Positions 26,027 through 35,497 are shown, counted from the first letter of the stretch. The stretch: DNA of 64,000 bases from Sphingobacteriales bacterium (GCA_021299635.1 JAJTFA010000003.1:145795-209794), one strand, 5' to 3'. Numbers and translations are program-made. Notes: generated from the sequence alone by a model not told the origin.

Positions 26027-27646
26027 TTAAGATTTAATGGGTATGCTGATATGAAAAGAAGTTCCTTTACCTAATGTGCTTTTAAATGAGATTTGCCCGC
26101 CAAGCAACTCAACATATTTTTTAATGATGTTGAGCCCCAACCCGGTTCCCTGAATATTTGATGCATTGGTTGCACGATAAAATCGCTCAAACAAATGCCG
26201 CTGGTCTTCCTCAGGTATACCCAAACCTTCATCACTGATGATGATTAGGAGTTGTTGCTGGTTGGTTTGTAATTCAATATTTATGTGGCCACCTTTAGGC
26301 GAATATTTGATGGCATTGGAAATGAGGTTTTGAATAATGGTTCGGTAAGCCTTTTTGTCCATCATCATTTCCTTATGAATAAGGTTCGATGTAAATTGAA
26401 TGTGAAGGTTATCATCTATGATATCACGCATTACGGCCACAAAATCAAGTGTAAAATTCTCTATATCCATTAGGCCATATTCCATTTTTACCTCACCGCT
26501 TTCAAGTTTCTCAACTGATAAAAAGTACTCCAGTATTTCTGTTAGATTGGCAATTGATGCTTTTATCTTCTTAGCGTGTAGCTTAACCTTTTCAGTTTGC
26601 TGTGATTCATGATATCGAAGCAACAGGTTAAGTGATGAAAGAATGGTACTAAGCGGTGTTCTAAATTCATGAGATGCTAAGGATATAAACCTGGACTTCA
26701 TTTCGTTTAGCTGATTAGCCTGATCCAGCGCATGCTTCATCCTTTCTTCTGCCTCTTTCATGGCCGAAACATTGTGTACTAAAGCCACCATTCGGTTTAT
26801 TTCACCGCTATCTTCAAGAATAGGTGTAGTATTCATTAAGTAACTTTGTCCGGCAAAACCTATTTCATAAGAAATCTCTTCTCCGGCAATGGTTCTTTTA
26901 AAATAATATTCATGAATTGATGCATTCTCATGTCCGGCAAAGGATTCAGTAATTTTTTTTCCAAGAAAATCTTCCCTGGTTAATCCAATCCGCTCCAACT
27001 CTTTACCTTCAACAAACTCACAAACCATATCACGGTTAAAAATACAGATGGCACCGTTGGGATAATTTTTGGCAATGCTGGAAAACAACAACTGGTTGGT
27101 AAGCAATTCCTGTTCTGCCCTTTTGGTTTCCTTATACTGGTTTTCCAAACTTTGGTTGGTTAACTCAAGCGCTCTTACCACGCCTCGAATCTCTTGGGTT
27201 CTTTCTTCAACCACCCTTTCCAGTTGTTGGGTATACTGGTTGGCTTTCTCTCGCGCATCGGTCAAATCACTTACATCGCGCATTACCCCGGCAAATACCT
27301 TGCGACCTTCGGGCAAAAAAACTTCGCTAACACTAAGGAAAATCGGGAATATGGAACCATCTTTCCTCTTTCCGCTTACCTCTCGGCCAATACCAATTAC
27401 TTTTTTCTCTCCCGTCTGATGGTAATTGTTTAAAAATTTATCGTGCTGGCCATGATAGGGTTCGGGCATAAGCATGGCAATATTTTTGCCAAGCATTTCT
27501 TCTTTGTTATACCCAAACAACCTGATAACTGACGGATTTAACTGTTCGATGAACCCACGCTCATTAATAATGATCATGGCATCAATAGCATCATTGAAGA
27601 TTGCCCGTAAAGAGATTTCATCAATATAGGGTTCTTGCTGATTCAT
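26027..27646 (-). CDS. PAS-domain sensor histidine kinase
   Basis: Two PAS-like segments, H-box LASHEFRTPL, N/G boxes NLISNAIKYSP and DEGLGIP...GTGLGLNI. It lies 4 nt upstream of the REC-Crp gene. Confidence 0.85.
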   Translation of the reverse strand: MNQQEPYIDEISLRAIFNDAIDAMIIINERGFIEQLNPSVIRLFGYNKEEMLGKNIAMLMPEPYHGQHDKFLNNYHQTGEKKVIGIGREVSGKRKDGSIFPIFLSVSEVFLPEGRKVFAGVMRDVSDLTDAREKANQYTQQLERVVEERTQEIRGVVRALELTNQSLENQYKETKRAEQELLTNQLLFSSIAKNYPNGAICIFNRDMVCEFVEGKELERIGLTREDFLGKKITESFAGHENASIHEYYFKRTIAGEEISYEIGFAGQSYLMNTTPILEDSGEINRMVALVHNVSAMKEAEERMKHALDQANQLNEMKSRFISLASHEFRTPLSTILSSLNLLLRYHESQQTEKVKLHAKKIKASIANLTEILEYFLSVEKLESGEVKMEYGLMDIENFTLDFVAVMRDIIDDNLHIQFTSNLIHKEMMMDKKAYRTIIQNLISNAIKYSPKGGHINIELQTNQQQLLIIISDEGLGIPEEDQRHLFERFYRATNASNIQGTGLGLNIIKKYVELLGGQISFKSTLGKGTSFHISIPIKS

Positions 27647-27764
27647 TGCTCAAAAACCGAATATAAGAAAACCCCGATAAAATAAAAAGCAATTTTGGAT
27701 AATTGATATTGCAAGAGGTTATACCCTAATCCCTCATTTATCAAAGCACCACAGGTTTACTTAA

Positions 27765-28505
27765 TTACTGAATAGCCGCTTTTAGCGAAGGAATAAGTTC
27801 AGGATTTTTTTCAATGGCATTCCCAACCACCACTATATCTGCACCTGCCATACATGCTGCTTTTGCCTGCTCCGGGGTGCGTATGCCACCACCTACAAAC
27901 AGCGGCACCGAAATGTTTTGTTTTACCGCTTGTATCATTTCTGTTGAAATGGGTTGCAGGGCACCACTTCCTGCATCCATATAAATACTTTGAAGGCCCA
28001 GCATTTCGCCTGCCAGCGCTGTAGTAGCTGCAATGGCTGCTTTATCAGAAGGAATGGGAGTGGTATTGCTCATGTAAGATACCGAAGTAATGCGGCCGCC
28101 ATCTACAATGATGTAACCGGTTGGAATCACTTCTATACCGCTCTTTTTAAGAACCGGTGCGGCTAGCACATGTTTGCCAATCAATAAATCCGGATTACGG
28201 CCCGAAATCAGCGAAAGGAAGAGGATGGCATCAGCTTCAGGGTTTACCTGCATGATATTACCGGGAAATATAATAACAGGTAATGAGCTGTGTTTTTTTA
28301 TGATTGAAATGCATTTATCAAAAAAACCATTTGTAATGAGGCTGCCTCCAACTAAAATCAAGTCGGCTCCAGATTTGTTACAAGCTTCGCAGGTGTTTAC
28401 TAAATCCTGCTCGCTGCTCACGCTGTCGGGGTCTATCAATACTGCCAACTGCTTTTTGCCTGCGGCAGCATTTGCAAGAATGTGGTTTATAAGGTTTCTT
28501 TTCAA
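27765..28505 (-). CDS. Geranylgeranylglyceryl/heptaprenylglyceryl phosphate synthase family (PcrB/GGGPS) protein
   Basis: TIM-barrel family motifs LAVLIDPD, ADLILVGGS, IYMDAGSGA, VGGGIRTPEQA, IVVVGNAIE. The maximal ORF starts at TTG 28589. I prefer in-frame TTG 28503-28505 ((M)KRNLINHIL..., 246 aa) because its length fits the family. The start is uncertain. Confidence 0.7.
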   Translation of the reverse strand: MKRNLINHILANAAAGKKQLAVLIDPDSVSSEQDLVNTCEACNKSGADLILVGGSLITNGFFDKCISIIKKHSSLPVIIFPGNIMQVNPEADAILFLSLISGRNPDLLIGKHVLAAPVLKKSGIEVIPTGYIIVDGGRITSVSYMSNTTPIPSDKAAIAATTALAGEMLGLQSIYMDAGSGALQPISTEMIQAVKQNISVPLFVGGGIRTPEQAKAACMAGADIVVVGNAIEKNPELIPSLKAAIQ

Positions 28506-28937
28506 GGTGGTTTTTGCTATGGGCGAGGTTAACCCCTCAACAAATAAAAGATTTTTAAATGAATATTTTTGAAAACAGCAGCAAATCAAGCCCCACGGAT
28601 CGTAACAAAAAAATGCGTTATTTTCATTCCTGACGAGCCAAACATTTGTAAGTAGCTGATTTGAAGAATCCTGTCCTTAAATCAAGACAACCAATATCGA
28701 TTATCAGTTAGAAAACAAAATTCACAACTCAACAAAATCAGGCCTTTTCATGTGAATAAATTACCTTATGCACATACTTATTTCAAGTAAAATCGGGGCG
28801 TGGGCTGTGGGTTATTTTTTGCTGTGGAAAATGAAAATTGATTGATGTTGTTCTGAATTAGATTTTTGGATTAAAACTCCGTAAAAAATCGGTGACCATA
28901 AAACAAAGATATATTAACCTGTAAACCTGACTAAAAA

Positions 28938-31900
28938 ATGAGCAGCAAACCAAACAAAAAATCTCAGCAAAGCGGCCTGCGCTTTGAGCGCAACTTCACC
29001 AAAGATGGTGTAAGTCCTTACGACATGTTTGACTATGATTACCGCACATCGGTAATTAAAAATCCAAACGGAACAAAAGTATTTGAAATGACCAACGTGG
29101 AAGTTCCCAAACAATGGAGTCAGGTTGCCACGGATGTGTTGGCTCAAAAATATTTCCGCAAGGCAGGGGTGCCGCAACCGGATGGCAGCACAGGAAGCGA
29201 AACTTCTATTAAACAAGTTGCACACCGTATGGCCGATTGCTGGAGGCAGTGGGGTGAAAAGTACGGTTACTTCGATTCTGCAAATGATGCTCAGGTATTT
29301 TATGATGAGTTGGTGTATATGATTATTGGTCAGTATGCCGCACCTAACTCACCACAATGGTTTAATACAGGTTTGGCTACTGCTTATGGAATTAAAGGTA
29401 AACCGCAAGGACATTATTATGTAGATCCTATTACCAAAAAACTGGAAAAATCTACTTCGGCTTATGAGCGTCCGCAACCGCACGCTTGCTTTATCTTGTC
29501 AGTTGATGATGATTTGGTTAATGAAGGCGGCATCATGGATCTTTGGGTTCGTGAGGCTCGTATTTTTAAATATGGTTCAGGTGTTGGCACTAACTTCTCA
29601 CGCATTCGAGGTTCCAATGAAAAACTTTCAGGTGGTGGCTCATCATCAGGTTTAATGAGCTTCCTTAAAATTGGCGACCGTGCTGCCGGTGCCATCAAAT
29701 CGGGTGGAACCACCAGACGTGCGGCTAAAATGGTTTGTCTGGACTTAGATCATCCGGAAATAGTGGAGTTCATCAACTGGAAAAAAGATGAAGAGAAAAA
29801 AGTAGCTGCGCTTATCGCTGCGGGTTATCCAAGCGACTATGAAGGCGAAGCATATGCAACCGTATCGGGTCAAAATTCCAATAACTCTGTGCGCATCCCG
29901 CATGAATTTTTTACCGCACTCAACGAAGGAAAAGATTGGGAACTAAAAGCACGCACAGACGGCCGCGTAATGAAATCCATTCCTTCTAAAGAAATGTGGG
30001 ATATGATAGGTGATGCTGCTTGGGCATGCGCTGATCCGGGTGTGCAATATGATACCACCATTAATGAGTGGCACACTTGCCCTGAAGGTGGACGCATCAA
30101 CGCATCCAATCCGTGCTCAGAGTACATGTTTTTAGATAATACTGCCTGTAACCTCGCATCACTCAACCTCATTAAATTCTTCAATACCGACACCCTCGAT
30201 TTTGATGTAAAAGCTTATGAGCAGGCTACACGTGTATGGACTGTAGTGCTTGAAATATCTGTACTCATGGCTCAGTTCCCTTCAAAAGAAGTTGCTCAGC
30301 TTTCTTATGAATACCGCACGCTTGGTTTAGGTTATGCCAACTTAGGTACTGTATTAATGGTTGCCGGCATTCCTTACGACTCACCAAAAGCATTTGCTAT
30401 TTGCGGAGCTGTAACGGCTATTCTTAATGGTGTTGCTTATCAGACTTCTGCTGAGATGGCCAAATACCTCGGTGCATTTGAGCGATATGAAGAAAACAAG
30501 AAACACATGTTGCGTGTAATGCGCAACCACCGCTATGCAGCATACAATGCAACGGATGCCTATGAAGGCTTATCTATTCAACCGGTAGGTATAGATCCAA
30601 AATATTGTCCTGATTATTTGTTAAAAGCTGCATGTAATGCATGGGATGTAGCTGTGCAAATGGGCGAACAATATGGCTACCGTAACGCACAGGCAACAGT
30701 AATTGCACCAACCGGAACCATAGGATTGGTAATGGATTGCGATACCACCGGTATTGAGCCCGACTTTGCATTGGTTAAGTTTAAGAAACTTTCCGGTGGC
30801 GGTTATTTCAAAATCATTAACTCATCTGTTCCGCTTGCGCTTAAAAACCTTGGTTATACCGAGACAGAAATTGATGGTATCATAAAATATGCTATCGGAC
30901 ACGCCACACTTGAAGGCGCACCGCATATCAATTTTGAATCGTTAAAATTCCGTGGTTTTACGGAGGAAGAAATTCAGAAATTAGATAAAGCTGCTGCCGG
31001 AGCGTTTGAAATTGGTTTTGCATTTAACCAATGGACACTTGGCGAAGAGTGCATGCAGCGCATGGGCTTTACAGCTGATGAATACAATAGCCACAACTTT
31101 AATCTGCTGCGCAAATTAGGCTTTACCAAAAAAGAAATTGAAGAAGCAAACGATTACGTATGTGGAACCATGACTGTAGAAGGTGCACCGGCTCTTAAAG
31201 ACGAGCACCTCCCTGTGTTTGATTGTGCCAACAAATGCGGAACCAAAGGCGAGCGATACATCGCTGCACAAGGCCACATCCGCATGATGGCATCTGCACA
31301 ACCTTTCTTATCTGGTGCCATTTCTAAAACCATTAACCTGCCAAATGAAGCCAGTGTAGATGATATTAAAGATTGCTATTACTTAAGCTGGAGCCTTGGA
31401 TTAAAAGCCAACGCCCTGTATCGTGACGGATGTAAATTGTCTCAGCCACTCAGCAATAAGTCTGATGTGAAAGATGAAGAGGATGTTCAAGAAGCAGTGG
31501 AAGCTGTATTGGGTGAAGATGCCAACAAACCTGTTGGAGAGCTAAGCCCTGAGCAAGTGCTGGAAGCAGCAACGGCTATCTTAAACAAAACACACGACAC
31601 GGCATTTAAACACAAACTTGCAGGTGTGGTTGCACGTAAAGCATTGCCTGCTAAACGCGGAGGCTTTACACAAAAAGCAACTGTTGGCGGACAAACTATT
31701 TTTGTGCGCACAGGCGAGCATGAAGACGGAACATTGGGTGAAATTTTTGTTGACCTGCACAAAGAAGGTGCTACACTGCGCTCCCTGATGAATTGTTTCT
31801 CTATAGCTGTTTCTTTAGGCCTGCAATATGGTGTGCCTCTGGAAGAGTATGTAGATAAATTTACGTTCACCCGCTTTGAGCCGGCAGGTATGGTAACCGG

Positions 31901-32318
31901 TCACGAAAACATAAAGAATGCCACTTCTATTATTGATTATATGTTCCGCATGCTTGGCTTTGAATATTTGGGCAGAGAAGATTTTGTACAAGTGCCTCCA
32001 ACCGAAACTCAACGTGCACACCTCGCAGTTAATCAGCACAAAGTTGTTGCTCCAGTTGTAAGTTCTGTGGCTCACCAATCGGCTTTGGGCGCTGAAGTTG
32101 CCCCACAACCCATAGGTTTTTACAAACCTGTAGCTCCCGTTGAAGATAAGGTAAGCAGCACCAGCATGGAAGCTGCAGCCAATACAGGAGACCAGGTTAG
32201 CACCTACCTGAAGAGTTTTGGTGACAGCCCTGCCTGCCCCAGCTGCGGACACCTAACCATTCGCAGTGGCGCATGCTATAAGTGCATGAACTGTGGAACG
32301 CAAACAGGTTGTAGTTAA
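28938..32318 (+). CDS. nrdJ: Class II (adenosylcobalamin-dependent) ribonucleoside-diphosphate/triphosphate reductase
   Basis: 1126 aa. The N-terminal [21 protein letters not shown] region, catalytic [38 protein letters not shown] and a C-terminal Cys-rich tail CPSCGH...CYKCMNCG are typical of long NrdJ proteins. Confidence 0.85.
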   Translation: MSSKPNKKSQQSGLRFERNFTKDGVSPYDMFDYDYRTSVIKNPNGTKVFEMTNVEVPKQWSQVATDVLAQKYFRKAGVPQPDGSTGSETSIKQVAHRMADCWRQWGEKYGYFDSANDAQVFYDELVYMIIGQYAAPNSPQWFNTGLATAYGIKGKPQGHYYVDPITKKLEKSTSAYERPQPHACFILSVDDDLVNEGGIMDLWVREARIFKYGSGVGTNFSRIRGSNEKLSGGGSSSGLMSFLKIGDRAAGAIKSGGTTRRAAKMVCLDLDHPEIVEFINWKKDEEKKVAALIAAGYPSDYEGEAYATVSGQNSNNSVRIPHEFFTALNEGKDWELKARTDGRVMKSIPSKEMWDMIGDAAWACADPGVQYDTTINEWHTCPEGGRINASNPCSEYMFLDNTACNLASLNLIKFFNTDTLDFDVKAYEQATRVWTVVLEISVLMAQFPSKEVAQLSYEYRTLGLGYANLGTVLMVAGIPYDSPKAFAICGAVTAILNGVAYQTSAEMAKYLGAFERYEENKKHMLRVMRNHRYAAYNATDAYEGLSIQPVGIDPKYCPDYLLKAACNAWDVAVQMGEQYGYRNAQATVIAPTGTIGLVMDCDTTGIEPDFALVKFKKLSGGGYFKIINSSVPLALKNLGYTETEIDGIIKYAIGHATLEGAPHINFESLKFRGFTEEEIQKLDKAAAGAFEIGFAFNQWTLGEECMQRMGFTADEYNSHNFNLLRKLGFTKKEIEEANDYVCGTMTVEGAPALKDEHLPVFDCANKCGTKGERYIAAQGHIRMMASAQPFLSGAISKTINLPNEASVDDIKDCYYLSWSLGLKANALYRDGCKLSQPLSNKSDVKDEEDVQEAVEAVLGEDANKPVGELSPEQVLEAATAILNKTHDTAFKHKLAGVVARKALPAKRGGFTQKATVGGQTIFVRTGEHEDGTLGEIFVDLHKEGATLRSLMNCFSIAVSLGLQYGVPLEEYVDKFTFTRFEPAGMVTGHENIKNATSIIDYMFRMLGFEYLGREDFVQVPPTETQRAHLAVNQHKVVAPVVSSVAHQSALGAEVAPQPIGFYKPVAPVEDKVSSTSMEAAANTGDQVSTYLKSFGDSPACPSCGHLTIRSGACYKCMNCGTQTGCS

Positions 32319-32366
32319 GCCACGTATTTCCCTCCGCACGTGGGGAGGAACATTACCCTATAAAAT

Positions 32367-32402
32367 AAAAATCCTCCATCGGTTTCCGGTGGGGGATTTT
32401 TT
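32367..32402 (+). terminator. Rho-independent terminator after nrdJ
   Basis: Stem aaaatcctccatcgg/ccggtgggggatttt (two G-U pairs) followed by a T-run. Confidence 0.65.
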
Positions 32403-32459
32403 ATGCATGCTCTAAATGTTCTTTATGTAGATGAGCAAAAATAGTCGCAAAAGCTATTG

Positions 32460-33248
32460 TTACAACTCCATCGCGTTGGCTACCAACTCGGCAAGATCCT
32501 TTACTTCAATTTCATGTTCTTTGTTATGATGTTTTACACCATCACGCAACATGGTCATACAAAAAGGGCATGCTGCAGCAACTACTTTGGGTTGGGTTTC
32601 CAACATGTCATCTGCACGTTCCAGATTCACTTCCTTTTTCCCATTTTCGGCATCTTTAAACATTTGTGCACCACCGGCACCGCAGCACAAGCCGTTGGTG
32701 CGGCTGCGCTTCATTTCAACCAAAGCGGCATCCAGTTTTTCAATAATTTCTCTGGGTGCTTCATAAATATCATTGGCACGACCCAGATAGCAACTATCAT
32801 GGTAAGTAATACGCTGCCCTTTAAAGGCCCCGCCCCTTATACTAAGTTTACCTGTTTGTAATAATTGATTAATAAGAGTGGTGTGATGCAACACTTCGTA
32901 GTTTCCGCCCAACTCAGGGTATTCATTTTTAAGTGTGTTAAAGCAATGCGGACATCCCGTAACAATCTTTTTTATGCCATACATATTAAGCGTGGTGATA
33001 TTTTGCATGGCCATCATTTGAAAAAGAAATTCATTACCTGCCCGTTTAGCCGGATCACCGGTGCAGGCTTCTTCGGTACCAAGTATGGCAAATTTTATTC
33101 CTGCATGATGCAAAATTTTTGCAATGGCCTTGGTTATTTTTTGTGCACGTTCATCAAAGCTTCCTGCGCAGCCTACCCAAAATAGTATTTCGGCTTCTTC
33201 GCCTGAGGCAGCAACTTCAGCCATGGTTTTTACCCTAAAATCACTCAT
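32460..33248 (-). CDS. (Fe-S)-binding oxidoreductase subunit with CCG (cysteine-rich) domains, HdrD/GlpC-like
   Basis: 262 aa with two CCG-type motifs (GCAGSF.., TGCPHCFNTL and CCGAGG..., AACPFCMTML). Confidence 0.7.
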   Translation of the reverse strand: MSDFRVKTMAEVAASGEEAEILFWVGCAGSFDERAQKITKAIAKILHHAGIKFAILGTEEACTGDPAKRAGNEFLFQMMAMQNITTLNMYGIKKIVTGCPHCFNTLKNEYPELGGNYEVLHHTTLINQLLQTGKLSIRGGAFKGQRITYHDSCYLGRANDIYEAPREIIEKLDAALVEMKRSRTNGLCCGAGGAQMFKDAENGKKEVNLERADDMLETQPKVVAAACPFCMTMLRDGVKHHNKEHEIEVKDLAELVANAMEL

Positions 33249-33280
33249 ATGGTTTTATTATAGGTTTTTTGTTTTTATCA

Positions 33281-34588
33281 TTAGCCCTCTAGAGTCCAGT
33301 TTGCCCTGTCCATAGGGCTAAACTGCCATGGAGCCTGATTGTTCTCAAGGTTATTAAACATATTATTGAGAGATGTTGGTGCAGATGATTGCTCCATCAC
33401 CTTATATCTTCTCATTTCCACAATTATTTCCATTGGGTTAATGTTAATAGGGCAGGCCTCAACACATGCATTGCAGGTATTGCATGCCCATAATTCTTCT
33501 TCTGATATATAACTGTGCAGGTTTTTGCCATCATCTGCAAAAGAGCCATTGTTGGCATCTATATTTTTGCCTACCTCTTCCAGCCTATCTCTTACATCCA
33601 TTACAATTTTACGAGGTGATAGTAACTTACCGGTAATGTTTTGCGGACAGCTGCTGGTGCAACGGCCGCACTCGGTGCAAGTGTAAGCATCTAGTAAGTT
33701 TTTCCAGGTTAAATCCTGCACATCCTTAACCCCAAAACTGGTAGGAGGAGCATATCCTTCAGGCGTTGATGTAGTGGGGTCCAGCATTAGTTTAACTTCC
33801 TGTGTAACGCTTGCCATATTATTCAATTCACCTTTAGCTTTCAGGTTTGAGTAGAAGGTATTAGGAAATGCCATGATGATGTGGAAGTGTTTACTAAAAG
33901 GCAAATAATTCATAAAGGCAAATATGCCTATGATATGAAACCACCATGAGGCACGCTCAATGAGTACCAGCGTATCATTATTAAACGAAACAAATAAAGG
34001 TGCAGCCAACCAACTGCTTATTGGGAATGCGCCTGCGTTTATGTAATGCTCGGCACCACGACTTTGTAAGAGCTGATCGGCAGCATTCATTGTTAACAAA
34101 GCTGCCATTAAGATGATTTCAACCAATAAAATGGTTGCTGCATCTTTGTTGGGTTTCCCTGACAACTCCGGACTTTGAAAGCGTGCAATTTTAAGAATAT
34201 ACCTGCGGGCCAGGAATAGAATACAGGCCACTAGCACGCCAAACGCAAGTATTTCAAAAAATCCGATAGCCATATGATAAACAGGGCCTAAAAACGAAAG
34301 CACCCGATGGGTTCCGAAAAGGCCGTCAATGAGAATTTCAAGAACTTCAATATTAATGAGCACAAAACCCACATAAACAATTAGATGCAATATAAATGGA
34401 ACAGGCCTAACTGCCATTTTGGATTGTCCGAAGGCCACCTTTATCATGGTTTGCCAGCGTTTAGCCTTGTTATCATTGAGTTGAATATCTTTTCCCAGCA
34501 GAATATTGCGTCTGATTTTTGCGAGGTTTTTGGCAAAAACATAGATGGCAACTGAGGTTAAAAGCAGAAAAAATAGTTGTGAAATCAT
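33281..34588 (-). CDS. Membrane-anchored 4Fe-4S dicluster protein (partner of the CCG-domain subunit)
   Basis: Polytopic N-terminal half, then two ferredoxin-type motifs CTECGRCTSSCP and CNTCNACVEACP. The ATG at 34586-34588 is preferred over the GTG at 34630. Confidence 0.7.
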   Translation of the reverse strand: MISQLFFLLLTSVAIYVFAKNLAKIRRNILLGKDIQLNDNKAKRWQTMIKVAFGQSKMAVRPVPFILHLIVYVGFVLINIEVLEILIDGLFGTHRVLSFLGPVYHMAIGFFEILAFGVLVACILFLARRYILKIARFQSPELSGKPNKDAATILLVEIILMAALLTMNAADQLLQSRGAEHYINAGAFPISSWLAAPLFVSFNNDTLVLIERASWWFHIIGIFAFMNYLPFSKHFHIIMAFPNTFYSNLKAKGELNNMASVTQEVKLMLDPTTSTPEGYAPPTSFGVKDVQDLTWKNLLDAYTCTECGRCTSSCPQNITGKLLSPRKIVMDVRDRLEEVGKNIDANNGSFADDGKNLHSYISEEELWACNTCNACVEACPININPMEIIVEMRRYKVMEQSSAPTSLNNMFNNLENNQAPWQFSPMDRANWTLEG

Positions 34589-34719
34589 GGGTATAAATGC
34601 TTGGATACAATAATAGAAAAAAGTTGCCACTTGCCATCAAGTATAAGAGCAATAGCTTATTTCTGATATTTTTTTTGGACAGAAAAGGAAAAAGTTTAGA
34701 TTTGCACCCCGCTATAAAT

Positions 34720-34847
34720 GGTGCGGTAGCTCAGTTGCTCCGAAAAATTGCAAATCTCCGATTTGCTCATATTTCGAGAGTCCTCGAAACAAAAGCAAAA
34801 TCAAAGATTTTGATTGTTTCGGGAGTAGAGCAAAGGACTGAAATAAT
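34720..34847 (+). pseudogene. Truncated 5' copy of tRNA-Phe (positions ~1-36) interrupted in the D-loop by an 87-nt structured insertion
   Basis: ggtgcggtagctcagttg (34720-34737) and gtagagcaaaggactgaaa (34825-34843) are identical to the 5' half of the intact tRNA. The 87 nt at 34738-34824 has pairing termini (ctccgaaa/tttcgggag) and three 7-bp hairpins. There is no 3' half. A TAGATTTG promoter-like motif lies at 34697-34704. Confidence 0.75.
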
Positions 34848-34920
34848 GGTGCGGTAGCTCAGTTGGTAGAGCAAAGGACTGAAAATCCTTGTGTCGGGGG
34901 TTCGATTCCCTCCCACACCA
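34848..34920 (+). tRNA. tRNA-Phe (GAA)
   Basis: Hand-folded: acceptor ggtgcgg/ccacacc (one C5-A68 mismatch), D arm gctc-agttggta-gagc, anticodon arm aagga-ctGAAaa-tcctt, variable gtgtc, T arm ggggg-ttcgatt-ccctc, discriminator A. Confidence 0.9.
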
Positions 34921-35287
34921 CATAAAGCCCTGTAAACATATTGTTTATGGGGTTTTTTAGTTTTTGATATGATGTCGGGGGTTCCCCCGAGCACTCGGGG
35001 CTCCCACACCACATAAAGCCCTGTAAACATATTGTTTATGGGGCTTTTTTAGTTTTTGATATGATGTCGGGGGTTCCCCCGAGCACTCGGGGCTCCCACA
35101 CCACATAAAGCCCTGTAAACATATTGTTTATGGGGTTTTTTTAGTTTTTGATATGATGTCGGGGGTTCCCCCGAGCACTCGGGGCTCCCACACCACATAA
35201 AGCCCTGTAAACATATTGTTTATGGGTTTTTTTTAGTTTTTGATATGATGTCGGGGGTTCCCCCGAGCACTCGGGGCTCCCACACCC
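34921..35287 (+). repeat. Four tandem 91-92-bp units, each a terminator hairpin plus a tRNA-Phe-3'-end-like segment
   Basis: cataaagccctgtaaacatattgtttatgggg(c)ttttttagtttttgatatgatgtcgggggttcccccgagcactcggggctcccacacca starts at 34921, 35012, 35104 and 35196. The units differ mainly in T-run length. They share gtcgggggttc and ctcccacacca with the tRNA 3' portion. Confidence 0.85.
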
Positions 35288-35497
35288 AAAAGCATGCTAA
35301 TTATTTATTAATAGTAATACTGATTGTTGCTTCCGGTTTCATCAATTTCATTTCTGATGGAGCTGGTAAATAGTCTTAGCCTATATGTTTGTTCAGATCT
35401 ATATTATTAATTTAATTTAAATAAGTAGCTTCAAACTAAGCGTTCATTTTACATATAATCTTGCCTATTCCTTAAGCGGTTTTCCTATATTTGATAG

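Noticed and set aside
28590-28937. Cobalamin riboswitch upstream of nrdJ
   Set aside because: No B12-box-like core or the expected conserved GCCACTG-type element could be found by eye. In addition, B12 riboswitches normally repress B12-independent enzymes rather than control a B12-dependent one. It is kept only as an unexplained long leader.
31815-32252. 145-aa minus-strand ORF inside nrdJ. Similar long antisense ORFs lie at 39482-39973, 47034-47501, 6636-7034 and 22592-22975
   Set aside because: All lie entirely within strongly supported genes on the opposite strand and show no recognisable motifs. I treat them as antisense noise.
28938-32318. Intein or other insertion explaining the 1126-aa length of NrdJ
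   Set aside because: I see no intein block signatures (no Cys/Ser-initiated splicing domain ending in HN followed by a nucleophile). The extra length is in segments typical of long-form NrdJ proteins and in the C-terminal tail.
34767-35030. 87-aa minus-strand ORF listed in the track
   Set aside because: It is antisense to tRNA-Phe, its truncated copy and the tandem repeats. This is a typical artefact of reading through tRNA sequence.
34921-35287. Possible CRISPR array (regular direct repeats). The same question applies to 10928-11200
   Set aside because: The whole 91-92-bp (or 122-bp) unit repeats with no unique spacers between repeats, and no cas genes are in the window. These are plain tandem repeats.
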